Numbered from the stretch's first letter, positions 35,635-54,968 are shown. The stretch: 64,000 nt of DNA from the human T2T-CHM13v2.0 reference genome, Homo sapiens (GCF_009914755.1 NC_060948.1), one strand, 5' to 3'. Notes: generated from the sequence alone by a model not told the origin. Numbers and translations are program-made.

Positions 35635-37727
35635 AGATCCATATTTTGTAAATGAAAAAAAATTTCAAAGTTACTCTGCTTGGTACAATAATCAAATGTA
35701 GAAACTGAGGAATAAAACATAACCATGAAACATACTTATAACTGCATATGGAAAATACAGAGGATAATTTTTTAAATAACATATTTTGAAAGCCTTAACT
35801 AGTAATTTGAAGAGTTGGCATTTGAAAGGCCAGTATGAATATACCTTCAAAGCAGCAACACAGGTTCCCCATGAGAAAAAGCAAACTCAGGGAAAATAAA
35901 ACCACAAAGGTTCAATCTCTTCTGACCTTTGAAAGACACAGCACAGACAGTGGTCCTTAGGACGAAGAGCAGGAGACCCCTAATTCCGTCACCATGGCGA
36001 TAGGGCATAAACATTGCTGGGTGAGGGCACAATCCACATTGTGAGGTCCAACTGCTGCCAGGAAGACAGGAGTGCTTTTACATAGACCGAAAGGTCATTG
36101 AAGGCTCAGAGTTTTGTTTCAAGAACTGAATCCCAAGCCCACACGTTATTAGGCTGCGCTTCTTAAAACAAGTTATGAGATGGGAAAAAGGGCACCCACA
36201 AACATACGTATACATTATGTATATAATAATATACAGTATCATATATATAATATATATAACCTATGTATACTATTGTTTTACATCCTGCATCTTATATTAT
36301 ATATATTGTATAAAATATAATAATTGATAATATATAAGTTTTATATTTATACAATATGACATATAGTATATATTATGATTTATGACATATATAATATATG
36401 TTATATATCATATATAGAATATATTATACGGTTAATATACGTATTAAATATAAATTATACATTATATATAATATATCTGTTATATATAATACCCATTATG
36501 CATAATATATATATTATGTCTATGTTATATATAGTATAAAACATCATATAATAATATATAATTGTATATATAAAATGCGACATATAATATATATTATATT
36601 TTATGACATATGTAATATATATTATATATTATATATAATACGTTGTATGTATAATACCTATATTAAATATGTATTATATGACTATGTTATTAATTACATG
36701 TCACATATGTTATATATTATATATTTTACATAGAATATACCGGTTACATACAATATATACTATGTTACCTATAATGTATAATTTATTACATGTAAAATAA
36801 AGGATGCAATATATTATGTATAATTTATAATATACAATATGTGGAATGTGATATATATAACATATAATATATGATATATGATATACAGTATATGGTATAT
36901 AACATACAATATATGATACCTAATATATATGGTATACAATATATATTTTATGATATGTATCCTATATGTTTTATATTCTGTTATATATAACTATTTGAAA
37001 TTATATATAAGTGTATAATATTTTATGTAAATATGTAATATAATATATATAACTATATAATATATTATATATAACTATATATTATGTTATATATACTTTT
37101 ATAACTTAATTTACATAAAATATCATAATATAATATATAATATATTATTTTATATTATATAATATATATTACACATCACCCAATATAAGTAACATACATA
37201 ATATTATAATATAGATTATATTATGTTATATTAAATATATATATATCATGTATCATATATTCTATAATATATATTATACATTATATATTATGTATGTTGT
37301 CTATTATGTGATATATATAACTATATATAATTATATTATTATACATATAACTAGATAAACATGTAATTCTACATATTTTCATTTATAATATATAGAATTA
37401 TATAATCATATATAATTATTTATATTCTATAAAAAATTATATCATTATATAAATTATAATATATAAAAATTATAATAAGTACTACAAATATATATATTAT
37501 ATATCATATATGATATAGTACCTTTGTTATATATCATAATACATATAAATGTGTATTATGTTATCTATAATTATATAATTTCATATATAAGATGTATAAT
37601 ATATATTATATATTATATATGTTATGTAATATATATAGTATATATAAGCTGACACAGGATAAATATTATATACTATGACATATAAAATATATGAGGTTAT
37701 ATGTTACATGTAAGGCCTAGCACATAA

Positions 37728-38043
<316 letters not shown>

Positions 38044-40171
38044 AGATCCATATTTTTTAAATGAAAAAAAATTTCAAAGGTACTCTGCTTGGTACAATAA
38101 TCAAATGTATAAACTGAGGAATAAAACATAACCATGAAACCTACTTATAACTGCATATGGAAAATACAGAGGATAATTTTTTAAATAACATATTTTGAAA
38201 GCCTTAACTAGTAATTTGAAGAGTTGGCATTTGAAAGGCCAGTATGAATATACCTTCAAAGCAGCAACACAGGTTCCCCATGAGAAAAAGCAAACTCAGG
38301 GAAAATAAAACCACAAAGGTTCAATCTCTTCTGACCTTTGAAAGACACAGCACAGACAGTGGTCCTTAGGACGAAGAGCAGGAGACCCCTAATTCCGTCA
38401 CCATGGCGATAGGGCATAAACATTGCTGGGTGAGGGCACAATCCACCTTGTGAGGTCCAACTGCTGCCAGGAAGACAGGAGTGCTTTTACATAGACCGAA
38501 AGGTCATTGAAGGCTCAGAGTTTTGTTTCAAGAACTGAATCCCAAGCCCACACGTTATTAGGCTGCGCTTCTTAAAACAAGTTATGAGATGGGAAAAAGG
38601 GCACCCACAAACATACGTATACATTATGTATATAATAATATACAGTATCATATATATATTATATATAACCTATGTATAATATTGTTTTACATCCTGCATC
38701 TTATATTATATATATTGTATAAAATATAATAATTGATAATATATAAGTTTTATATTTATACAATATGACATATATTATATATTATAATTTATGACATATA
38801 TAATACATGTTATATATCATAAATAGAATATATTATGCGGTTAATATACGTATTAAATATAAATTATACATTATATATATAATTTATAATATATCTGTTA
38901 TATATAATACCCATTATGCATAATATATATATTATGTCTATGTTATATATAGTATAAAACAACATATAATAATATATAATTGTATATATAAAATGCGACA
39001 CATAATATATATTATATTTTATGACATATGTAATATATATTATATGTTATATATAATACGTTGTATGTATAATACCTATATTAAATATATATTATATGAC
39101 TATGTTATTAATTACATGTCACATATGTTATATATTATATATTTTACATAGAATATACCGGTTACATACAATATATACTATGTTACCTATAATGTATAAT
39201 TTATTACATGTAAAAAAAAGAAAGCAATATATTATGTATAATTTATAATATACAATATGTGGAATGTGATATATATAACATATAATATATGATATATGAT
39301 ATACAGTATATGATATATAACATACAATATATGATACCTAATATATATGGTATACAATATATATTTTATGATATGTATTCTATATGTTTTATATTCTGTT
39401 ATATGTAACTATTTGAAATTATATATAACTGTATAATATTTTATGGAAATATGTAATATAATATATATAACTATATAATATGTTATATATAACTATATAT
39501 TATGTTATATATGCTTTTATAACATAATTTACATAAAATATCATAATATAATATATATTATATTATTTCATATTACATAATATATATTACATATCACCCA
39601 ATATAAGTAACATACATAATATTATAATATAGATTATATTATGTTATATTAAATATCATATATATCATGTATCATATATTCTATAATATATATTATACAT
39701 TATGTAATATGTATGTTGTCTATTATGTGATATATATAACTATATATATAATTATATTATTATACATATAACTAGATAAACATGTAATTCTACATATTTT
39801 CATTTATAATATATAGAATTATATAATCATATATAATTATTTATATTCTATAAAAAATTATATCATTATATAAATTATAATATATAAAAATTATAATATG
39901 TACTACAAATATATATATTATATATCATATATGATATAGTACCTTTGTTATATATCATAATACATATAAATGTGTATTATGTTATCTATAATTATATAAT
40001 TTCATATATAAGTTGTATAATATGTATTATATATTATATATGTTATGTAATATATATAGTATATATAAGACGACACAGGATAAATATTATATACTATGAC
40101 ATATAAAATATATGAGGTTATATGTTTCATATAAGGCATAGTACATAACATGTAATATATATCATATATAA

Positions 40172-40463
40172 TTTTTTTTTAGACAGAGTCTTGTCCTGTT
40201 GCACAGGGTTGGGTACAATGGCGCCACCTTTGCTCAATGCAACATCTGCCTCACGGGCCCAAGCGATTGTCCTCCCTCAACCTCCCAGGTAGCTGGGACT
40301 ACACCACACTGGGACTACACCAGCTGCCACCATGCCTAGCTAATTTTTTGGATTTTTCGTAGTGACAGCGTTTCACTGTATTGGCCAGGATGGTCTTGAT
40401 CTCTTCACCTTGTGATCCCCTTGCCTTGGCCTCCAAATTTGCTGGGATTACAGGCCTGAGCCA
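40172..40463 (-). mobile_element. Diverged Alu, copy 17
   Basis: Same Alu as copy 1, T tract to gagcca. Confidence 0.93.
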
Positions 40464-42591
40464 AGATCCATATTTTTTAAATGAAAAAAAATTTCAAAGG
40501 TACTCTGCTTGGTACAATAATCAAATGTATAAACTGAAGAATAAAACATAACCATGAAACCTACTTATAACTGCATATGGAAAATACAGAGTATAATTTT
40601 TTAAATAACATATTTTGAAAGCCTTAACTAGTAATTTGAAGAGTTGGCATTTGAAAGGCCAGTATGAATATACCTTCAAAGCAGCAACACAGGTTCCCCA
40701 TGAGAAAAAGCAAACTCAGGGAAAATAAAACCACAAAGGTTCAATCTCTTCTGACCTTTGAAAGACACAGCACAGACAGTGGTCCTTAGGACGAAGAGCA
40801 GGAGACCCCTAATTCCGTCACCATGGCGATAGGGCATAAACATTGCTGGGTGAGGGCACAATCCACATTGTGAGGTCCAACTGCTGCCAGGAAGACAGGA
40901 GTGCTTTTACATAGACCGAAAGGTCATTGAAGGCTCAGAGTTTTGTTTCAAGAACTGAATCCCAAGCCCACACGTTATTAGGCTGCGCTTCTTAAAACAA
41001 GTTATGAGATGGGAAAAAGGGCACCCACAAACATACGTATACATTATGTATATAATAATATACAGTATCATATATATAATATATATAACCTATGTATAAT
41101 ATTGTTTTACATCCTGCATCTTATGTTATATATATTGTATAAAATATAATAATTGATAATATATAAGTTTTATATTTATACAATATGACATATAGTATAT
41201 ATTATAATTTATGACATATATAATATATGTTATATATCATATATAGAATATATTATACGGTTAATATACGTATTAAATATAAATTATACATTATATATAT
41301 TATATATAATATATCTGTTATATATAATACGAATTATGCATAATATATATATTATGTCTATGTTATATATAGTATAAAAAAACATATAATAATATATAAT
41401 TGTATATATAAAATGCGACATATAATATATATTATATTTTATGACATATGTAATATATATTATATGTTATATATAATACGTTGTATGTATAATACCTATA
41501 TTAAATATATATTATATGACTATGTTATTAATTACATGTCACATATGTTATATATTATATATTTTACATAGAATATACCGGTTACATACAATATATACTA
41601 TGTTACCTATAATGTATAATTTATTACATGTAAAAAAAAGAAAGCAATATATTATGTATAATTTATAATATACAATATGTGGAATGTGATATATATAACA
41701 AATAATATATGATATATTATATACAGTATATGATATATAACATACAATATATGATACCTAATATATATGGTATACAATATATATTTTATGATATGTATTC
41801 TATATGTTTTATATTCTGTTATATGTAACTATTTGAAAATATATATAACTGTATAATATTTTATGGAAATATGTAATATAATATATATAACTATATAATA
41901 TATTATATATAACTATATATTATGTTATATATACTTTTATAACATAATTTACATAAAATATCATAATATAATATATATTATATTATTTCATATTACATAA
42001 TATATATTACATATCACCCAATATAAGTAACATACATAATATTATAATATAGATTATATTATGTTATATTAAATATCATATATATCATGTATCATATATT
42101 CTATAATATATATTATACATTATATAATATGTATGTTGTCTATTATGTGATATATATAACTATATATATAATTATATTATTATACATATAACTAGATAAA
42201 CATGTAATTCTACATATTTTCATTTATAATATATAGAATTATATAATCATATATAATTATTTATATTCTATAAAAAATTATATCATTATATAAATTATAA
42301 TATATAAAAATTATAATATGTACTACAAATATATATATTATATATCATATATGATATAGTACCTTTGTTATATATCATAATACATATAAATGTGTATTAT
42401 GTTATCTATAATTATATAATTTCATATATAAGTTGTATAATATGTATTATATATTATATATGTTATGTAATATATATAGTATATATAAGACGACACAGGA
42501 TAAATATTATATACTATGACTTATAAAATATATGAAGTTATATGTTTCATATAAGGCATAGCACATAACATGTAATATATATCATATATAA

Positions 42592-42883
42592 TTTTTTTTT
42601 AGACAGAGTCTTGTCCTGTTGCACAGGGTGGGGTACAATGGTGCCACCTTTGCTCACTGCAACATCTGCCTCACGGGTCCAAGCGATTGTCCTCCCTCAG
42701 CCTCCCAGGTAGCTGGGACTACACCACACTGGGACTACACCAGCTGCCACCATGCCTAGCTAATTTTTTGGATTTTTAGTAGTGACAGCGTTTCACTGTA
42801 TTGGCCAGGATGTTCTTGATCTCTTCACCTTGTGATCCCCTTGCCTTGGCCTCCAAATTTGCTGGGATTACAGGCCTGAGCCA
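42592..42883 (-). mobile_element. Diverged Alu, copy 18
   Basis: Same Alu as copy 1, T tract to gagcca. Confidence 0.93.
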
Positions 42884-45011
42884 AGATCCATATTTTTTAA
42901 ATGAAAAAAAATTTCAAAGGTACTCTGCTTGGTACAATAATCAAATGTATAAACTGAGGAATAAAACATAACCATGAAACCTACTTATAACTGCATATGG
43001 AAAATACAGAGGATAATTTTTTAAATAACGTATTTTGAAAGCCTTAACTTGTAATTTGAAGAGTTGGCATTTGAAAGGCCAGTATGAATATACCTTCAAA
43101 GCAGCAACACAGTTTCCCCATGAGAAAAAGCAAACTCAGGGAAAATAAAACCACAAAGGTTCAATCTCTTCTGACCTTTGAAAGACACAGCACAGACAGT
43201 GGTCCTTAGGACGAAGAGCAGGAGACCCCTAATTCCGTCACCATGGCGATAGGGCATAAACATTGCTGGGTGAGGGCACAATCCACATTGTGAGGTCCAA
43301 CTGCTGCCAGGAAGACAGGAGTGCTTTTACATAGACCGAAAGGTCATTGAAGGCTCAGAGTTTTGTTTCAAGAACTGAATCCCAAGCCCACACGTTATTA
43401 GGCTGCGCTTCTTAAAACAAGTTATGAGATGGGAAAAAGGGCACCCACAAACATACGTATACATTATGTATATAATAATATAGAGTATCATATATATAAT
43501 ATATATAACCTATGTATAATATTGTTTTACATCCTGCATCTTATATTATATATATTGTATAAAATATAATAATTGATAATATATAAGTTTTATATTTATA
43601 CATTAAGACATATACTATATATTATAATTTATGACGTATATAATATATGTTATATATCATATACAGAATATATTATACGGTTAATATATGTATTAAATAT
43701 AAATTATACATTATATATATTATATATAGTATATCTGCTATATATAATACCCATTATGCATAATATATATATTATGTCTATGTTATATATAGTATAAAAC
43801 AACACATAATAATATATAATTGTAGATATAAAATGCGACATAAAATATATATTATATTTTATGACATATATAATATATATTATATATTATATATAATACG
43901 TTGTATGTATAATGCCTATATTAAATATATATTATATGACTATGTTATTAATTACATGTCACATGTGTTATATATTATATATTTTACATAGAATATACCG
44001 GTTACATACAATATATACTATGTTACCTACAATGTATAATTGATTACATGTAAAATAAAGAATGCAATATATTATGTATAATTTATAATATACAATATGT
44101 GGAATGTGATATATATAACATATATTATATGATATATGATATACAGTATATGATATATAACATACAATATATGATACCTAATATATATGGTATACAATAT
44201 ATATTTTATGATATGTATTCTATATGTTATATATTCTGTTATTTATAACTATTTGAAATTATATATAACTGTATAATATTTTAGGTAAATATGTAATATA
44301 CTATATATAACTATATAATATATTATATATAACTATATATTATGTTATATATACTTTTATAACATAATTTACATAAAATATCATAATATAATATATATTA
44401 TATTATTTCATATTACATAATATATATTACATATCACCCAATATAAGTAACATACATAATATTATAATATAGATTATATTATGTTATATTAAATATCATA
44501 TATATCATGTATCATATATTCTATAATATATATGATACATTATATAATATGTATGTTGTCTATTATGTGATATATATAACTATATATATAATTATATTAT
44601 TATACATATTACTAGATAAACATGTAATTCTACATATTTTCATTTATAATATATAGAATTATATAATCATATATAATTATTTATATTCTATAAAAAATTA
44701 TATCATTATATAAATTATAATATATAAAAATTATAATATGTACTACAAATATATATATTATATATCATATATGATATAGTACCTTTGTTATATATCATAA
44801 TACATATAAATGTGTATTATGTTATCTATAATTATATAATTTCATATATAAGATGTATAATATGTATTATATATTATACATGTTATGTAATATATATAGT
44901 ATATATAAGATGACACAGGATAAATATTATATACTATGACATATAAAATATATGAGGTTATATGTTACATATAAGGCATAGCACATAACATGTAATATAT
45001 ATCATATATAA

Positions 45012-45303
45012 TTTTTTTTTAGACAGAGTCTTGTCCTGTTGCACAGGGTGGGGTACAATGGCGCCAACTTTGCTCACTGCAACATCTGCCTCACGGGTCC
45101 AAGCGATTGTCCTCCCTCAGCCTCCCAGGTAGCTGGGACTACACCACACTGGGACTACACCAGCTGCCACCATGCCTAGGTAATTTTTTGGATTTTTAGT
45201 AGTGACAGCGTTTCACTGTATTGGCCAGGATGGTCTTGATCTCTTCACCTTGTGATCCCCTTGCCTTGGCCTCCAAATTTGCTGGGATTACAGGCCTGAG
45301 CCA
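45012..45303 (-). mobile_element. Diverged Alu, copy 19
   Basis: Same Alu as copy 1, T tract to gagcca. Confidence 0.93.
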
Positions 45304-47404
45304 AGATCCATATTTTTTAAATGAAAAAAAATTTCAAAGGTACTCTCCTTGGTACAATAATCAAATGTATAAACTGAGGAATAAAACATAACCTTGAAAC
45401 CTACTTATAACTGCATATGGAAAATACAGAGGATAATTTTTTAAATAACGTATTTTGAAAGCCTTAACTAGTAATTTGAAGAGTTGGCATTTGAAAGGCC
45501 AGTATGAATATACCTTCAAAGCAGCAACACAGGTTCCCCATGAGAAAAAGCAAACTCAGGGAAAATAAAACCACAAAGGTTCAATCTCTTCTGACCTTTG
45601 AAAGACACAGCACAGACAGTGGTCCTTAGGACGAAGAGCAGGAGACCCCTAATTCCGTCACCATGGCGATAGGGCATAAACATTGCTGGGTGAGGGCACA
45701 ATCCACATTGTGAGGTCCAACTGCTGCCAGGAAGACAGGAGTGCTTTTACATAGACCGAAAGGTCATTGAAGGCTCAGAGTTTTGTTTCAAGAACTGAAT
45801 CCCAAGCCCACACGTTATTAGGCTGCGCTTCTTCAAGCAAGTTATGAGATGGGAAAAAGGGCACCCACAAACATACGTATACATTATGTATATAATAATA
45901 TACAGTATCATATATATAATATATATAACCTATGTATAATATTGTTTTACATCCTGCATCTTATGTTATATATATTGTATAAAATATAATAATTGATAAT
46001 ATATAAATTTTATATTTATACAATATGACATATAGTATATATTATAATTTATGACATATATAATATATGTTATATATCATATATAGAATATATTATACGG
46101 TTAATATACGTATTAAATATAAATTATACATTATATATATTATATATAATATATCTGTTATATATAATACGCATTATGCATAATATATATATTATGTCTA
46201 TGTTATATATAGTATAAAACAACATATAATAATATATAATTGTATATATAAAATGCGACATATAATATATATTATATTTTATGACATATGTAACATATAT
46301 TATATATTATATATAATACGTTGTATGTATAATACCTATATTAAATATATATTATATGACTATGTTATTAATTACATGTCACATATGTTATATATTATAT
46401 ATTTTACATAGAATATACCGGTTACATACAATATATACTATGTTACCTATAATGTATAATTTATTACATGTAAAAAAAAGAAAGCAATATATTATGTATA
46501 ATTTATAATATACAATATGTGGAATGTGATATATATAACATATAATATATGATATATGATATACAGTATATGATATATAACATACAATATATGATACCTA
46601 ATATATATGATATACAATATATATTTTATGATATGTATTCTATATGTTTTATATTCTGTTATATGTAACTATTTGAAATTATATATAACTGTATAATATT
46701 TTATGTAAATATGTAATAGAATATATATCTATATAATATATTATATATAACTATATATTATGTTATATATACTTTTATAACATAATTTACATAAAATATC
46801 ATAATATAATATATATTATATTATTTCATATTACATAATATATATTACATATCACCCAATATAAGTAACATACATAATAGTATAATATAGATTATATTAT
46901 GTTATATTAAATATCATATATATCATGTATCATATATTCTATAATATATATTATACATTATATAATATGTATGTTGTCTATTATGTGATATATATAACTA
47001 TATATAATTATATTATTATACATATAAGTAGATAACCATGTAATTCTACATATTTTCATTTATAATATATAGAATTATATAATCATATATAATTATTTAT
47101 ATTCTATAAAAAATTCTTTCATTATATAAATTATAATACATAAAAATTGTAATATGTACTACAAATATATATATTATATATCATATATGATATAGTACCT
47201 TTGTTATATATCATAATACATATAAATGTGTATTATGTTATCTATAATTATATAATTTCATATATAAATTGTATAATATGTATTATATATTATATATGTT
47301 ATGTAATATATATAGTATATATAAGATGACACAGGATAAATATTATATACTATGACATATAAAATATATGAGGTTATATGTTTCATATAAGGCATAGCAC
47401 ATAA

Positions 47405-47719
<315 letters not shown>

Positions 47720-49845
47720 AGATCCATATTTTTTAAATGAAAAAAAATTTCAAAGGTACTCTGCTTGGTACAATAATCAAATGTATAAACTGAGGAATAA
47801 AACATAACCTTGAAACCTACTTATAACTGCATATGGAAAATACAGAGGATAATTTTTTAAATAACGTATTTTGAAAGCCTTAACTAGTAATTTGAAGAGT
47901 TGGCATTTGAAAGGCCAGTATGAATATACCTTCAAAGCAGCAACACAGGTTCCCCATGAGAAAAAGCAAACTCAGGGAAAATAAAACCACAAAGGTTCAA
48001 TCTCTTCTGACCTTTGAAAGACACAGCACAGACAGTGGTCCTTAGGACGAAGAGCAGGAGACCCCTAATTCCGTCACCATGGCGATAGGGCATAAACATT
48101 GCTGGGTGAGGGCACAATCCACATTGTGAGGTCCAACTGCTGCCAGGAAGACAGGAGTGCTTTTACATAGACCGAAAGGTCATTGAAGGCTCAGAGTTTT
48201 GTTTCAAGAACTGAATCCCAAGCCCACACGTTATTAGGCTGCGCTTCTTCAAACAAGTTATGAGATGGGAAAAAGGGCACCCACAAACATACGTATACAT
48301 TATGTATATAATAATATACAGTATCATATATATAATATATATAACCTATGTATAATATTGTTTTACATCCTGCATCTTATGTTATATATATTGTATAAAA
48401 TATAATAATTGATAATATATAAGTTTTATATTTATACAATATGACATATAGTATATATTATAATTTATGACATATATAATATATGTTATATATCATATAT
48501 AGAATATATTATACGGTTAATATACGTATTAAATATAAATTATACATTATATATATTATATATAATATATCTGTTATATATAATACGCATTATGCATAAT
48601 ATATATATTATGTCTATGTTATATATAGTATAAAACAACATATAATAATATATAATTGTATATATAAAATGCGACATATAATATATATTATATTTTATGA
48701 CATATGTAATATATATTATATATTGTATATAATACGTTGTATGTATAATACCTATATTAAATATATATTATATGACTATGTTATTAATTACATGTCACAT
48801 ATGTTATATATTATATATTTTACATAGAATATACCGGTTACATACAATATATACTATGTTACCTATAATGTATAATTTATTACATGTAAAAAAAAGAAAG
48901 CAATATATTATGTATAATTTATAATATACAATATGTGGAATGTGATATATATAACATATAATATATGATATATGATATACAGTATATGATATATAACATA
49001 CAATATATGATACCTAATATATATGGTATAAAATATATATTTTATGATATGTATTCTATATGTTTTATATTCTGTTATATGTAACTATTTGAAATTATAT
49101 ATAACTGTATAATATTTTAGGTAAATATGTAATATAATATATATAACTATATAATATATTATATATAACTATATATTATGTTATATATACTTTTATAACA
49201 TAATTTACATAAAATATCATAATATAATATATATTATATTATTTCATATTACATAATATATATTACATATCACCCAATATAAGTAACATACATAATATTA
49301 TAATATAGATTATATTATGTTATATTAAATATCATATATATCATGTATCATATATTCTATAATATATATTATACATTATATAATATGTATGTTGTCTGTT
49401 ATGTGATATATATAACTATATATAATTATATTATTATACATATAACTAGATAACCATGTAATTCTACATATTTTCATTTATAATATATAGAATTATATAA
49501 TCATATATAATTATTTATATTCTATAAAAAATTATATCATTATATAATTTATAATATATAAAAATTATAATATGTACTACAAATATATATATTATATATC
49601 ATATATGATATAGTACCTTTGTTATATATCATAATACATATAAATGTGTATTATGTTATCTATAATTATATAATTTCATATATAAGTTGTATAATATGTA
49701 TCATATATTATATATGTTATGTAATATATATAGTATATATAAGATGACACAGGATAAATATTATATACTATGACATATAAAATATATGAGGTTATATGTT
49801 TCATATATGGCATAGCACATAACATGTAATATATATATTATATAA

Positions 49846-50137
49846 TTTTTTTTTAGGCAGAGTCTTGTCCTGTTGCACAGGGTGGGGTACAATGGCGCCA
49901 CCTTTGCTCACTGCAACATCTGCCTCACGGGTCCAAGCGATTGTCCTCCCTCAGCCTCCCAGGTAGCTGGGACTACACCACACTGGGACTACACCAGCTG
50001 CCACCATGCCTAGCTAATTTTTTGGATTTTAAGTAGTGACAGCGTTTCACTGTATTGGCCAGGATGGTCTTGATCTCTTCACCTTGTGATCCCCTTGCCT
50101 TGGCCTCCAAATTTGCTGGGATTACAGGCCTGAGCCA
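49846..50137 (-). mobile_element. Diverged Alu, copy 21
   Basis: Same Alu as copy 1, T tract to gagcca. Confidence 0.93.
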
Positions 50138-52258
50138 AGATCCATATTTTTTAAATGAAAAAAAATTTCAAAGGTACTCTGCTTGGTACAATAATCAAAT
50201 GTATAAACTGAGGAATAAAACATAACCTTGAAACCTACTTATAACTGCATATGGAAAATACACAGGATACTTTTTTAAATAACGTATTTTGAAAGCCTTA
50301 ACTAGTAATTTGAAGAGTTGGCATTTGAAAGGCCAGTATGAATATACCTTCAAAGCAGCAACACAGGTTCCCCATGAGAAAAAGCAAACTCAGGGAAAAT
50401 AAAACCACAAAGGTTCAATCTCTTCTGACCTTTGAAAGACACAGCACAGACAGTGGTCCTTAGGACGAAGAGCAGGAGACCTCTAATTCCGTCACCATGG
50501 CGATAGGGCATAAACATTGCTGGGTGAGGGCACAATCCACCTTGTGAGGTCCAACTGCTGTCAGGAAGACAGGAGTGCTTTTACATACACCGAAAGGTCA
50601 TTGAAGGCTCAGAGTTTTGTTTCAAGAACTGAATCCCAAGCCCACACGTTATTAGGCTGTGCTTCTTAAAACAAGTTATGAGATGGGGAAAAGGGCACTC
50701 ACAAACATACGTACACATTATGTATATAATAATATACAGTATCATATTTATAATATATATAACCTATTTATAATATTGTTTTACATCCTGCATCTTATAT
50801 TACATATAGTATAAAATATAATAATTGATAATATATAAGTTTTATATTTCTACAATATGACATATAGTATATATTATAATTTATGTCATATATATGTTAT
50901 ATATCATATATAGAATATATTATACGGTTAATATAAGTATTAAATATAAATTATACATTATATATATTATACATAATATATCTGTTATATATAATACTCA
51001 TTATGCATAACATATATATTATGTCTATGTTATATATAGTATAACACAACATAAAATAATATATAATTGTATATATAAAATGCGACATATTATATATATT
51101 ATATTTTATGACATATGTAATATATATTATATATTATATATAATACTTTGTATGTATAATACCTATATTAAATATATATTATATGACTACGTTATTAATT
51201 ACATGTCACATATGTTATATATTATATATTTTACATAGAATATACCGGTTACATACAATATATACTCTGTTACCTATAATGTATAATTTATTACATGTAA
51301 AATAAATAATGCAATATATTATGTATAATTTATAATATACAATATGTGGAATGTGATATATATAACATATAATATATGATATATGATATACAGTATATGA
51401 TATATAACATACAATATATGATACCTAATATATATGGTATACAATATATATTTTATGATATGTATTCTCTATGTTTTATATTCTGTTATATATAACTATT
51501 TGAAATTATATATAACTGTATAATATTTTATGTAAATATGTAATATAATATATATAACCATATAATATATTATATATAACTATATATTATGTTATATATA
51601 CTTTTATTACATAATTTGCATAAAATACCATAATATAATATATATTATATTATTTCATATTACATAATATATATTACATATCACCCAATATAAGTAACAT
51701 ACATAATATTATAATATAGATTATATTATGTTATATTAAATATCATATATATCATGTATCATATATTCTATAATATATATTATACATTATATAATATGTA
51801 TGTTGTCTATTATGTGATATATATAACTATATATATATTTATATTATTATATATATAACTAGATAAACATGTAATTCTACATATTTTCATTTATAATATA
51901 TAGAATTATATAATCATATATAATTATTTATATTCTATAAAAAATTATATCATTATATAAATTATAATATATAAAAATTATAATATGTACTACAAATATA
52001 TATATTATATATCATATATGATATAGTACCTTTGTTATATATCATGATACATATAAATGTGTATTATGTTATCTATAAGTATATAATTTCATATATAAGT
52101 TATATAATATGTATTATATATTATATATGTTATGTAATATATATAGTATATATAAGATGACACAGGATAAATATTATATACTATGACATATAAAATATAT
52201 GAGGTTATATGTTACATATAAGGCATAGCACATAACATGTAATATATATCATATATAA

Positions 52259-52550
<292 letters not shown>

Positions 52551-54653
52551 AGAACCCTATTTTTTAAATGAAAAAAAATTTCAAAGGTACTCTGCTTGGT
52601 ACAATAATCAAATGTATAAACTGAGGAATAAAACATAACCATGAAACCTACTTATAACTGCATATGGAAAATACAGAGGATAATTTTTTAAATAACATAT
52701 TTTGAAAGCCTTAACTAGTAATTTGAAGAGTTGGCATTTGAAAGGCCAGTATGAATATACCTTCAAAGCAGCAACACAGGTTCCCCATGAGAAAAAGCAA
52801 ACTCAGGGAAAATAAAACCACAAAGGTGCAATCTCTTCTGACCTTTGAAAGACACAGCACAGACAGTGGTCCTTAGGACTAAGAGCAGGAGACCCCTAAT
52901 TCCGTCACCATGGCGATAGGGCATAAACATTGCTGGGTGAGGGCACAATCCACCTTGTGAGGTCCAACTGCTGTCAGGAAGACAGGAGTGCTTTTACATA
53001 GACCGAAAGGTCATTGAAGGCTCAGAGTTTTGTTTCAAGAACTGAATCCCAACCCCACACGTTATTAGGCTGCGCTTCTTAAAACAAGTTATGAGATGGG
53101 AAAAAGGGCACCCACAAACATACGTATACATTATGTATATAATAATATACAGTATCATATTTATAATATATATAACCTATGTATAATATTGTTTTACATC
53201 CTGCGTCTTATATTATATATAGTATAAAATATAATAATTGATAATATATAAGTTTTCTATTTCTACAATATGACATATAGTATATATTATAATTTATGAC
53301 ATATATAATATATGTTATATATCATATATAGAATATATTATACGGTTAATATACGTATTAAATATAAATTATACATTATATATATTATATATAATATATC
53401 TGTTATATATAATACCAATTATGCGTAATATATATATTATGTCTATGTTATATATAGTATAAATCAACATATAATAATATATAATTGTATATATAAAATG
53501 CGACATATAATATATATTATATTTTATGACATATGTAATATATATTATATATTATATATAATACGTTGTATGTATAATACCTATATTAAATATATATTAT
53601 ATGACTATGTTATTAATTACATGTCACATATGTTATATATTATATATTTTACATAGAATATACCGGTTACATACAATATATACTATGTTACCTATAATGT
53701 ATAATTTATTACATGTAAAATAAAGAATGCAATATATTATGTATAATTTATAATGTACAATATGTGGAATGTGATATATATAACATATAATATATGATAT
53801 ATGATATACAGTATATGATATATAACATACAATATATGATACCTAATATATATGGTATACAATATATATTTTATGATATATATTCTCTATGTTTTATATT
53901 CTGTTATATATAACTATTTGAAATTATATATAACTATATAATATTTTATGTAAATATGTAATTTAATATATATAACTATATAATATATTATATATAACTA
54001 TATATTATGTTATATATACTTTTATAACATAATTGACATAAAATATCATAATATAATATATATTATATTAGTTCATATTACATAATATATATTACATATC
54101 ACCCAATATAAGTAACATACACAATATTATAATATAGATTATATTATGTTATATTAAATATCATATATATCATGTATCATATATTCTATAATATCTATTA
54201 TACATTATATAATATGTATGTTGTCTATTATGTGATATATATAACTATATATATAATTATATTATTATACATATAGCTAGATAAACATGTAATTCTACAT
54301 ATTTTCATTTATAATATATAGAATTATATAATCATATATAATTATTTATATTCTATAAAAAATTATATCATTATATAAATTATAATATATAAAAATTATA
54401 ATATGTACTACACATATATATATTATATATCATATATGATATAGTACCTTTGTTATATATCATAATACATATAAATGTGTATTATGTCATCTATAATTAT
54501 ATAATTTCATATATAAGATGTATAATATGTATTATATATTATATATGTTATGTAATATATATGGTATGTATAAGATGACCCAGGATAAATATTATATACT
54601 ATGACATATAAAATATATGAGGTTATATGTTACATATAAGGCATAGCAAATAA

Positions 54654-54968
<315 letters not shown>

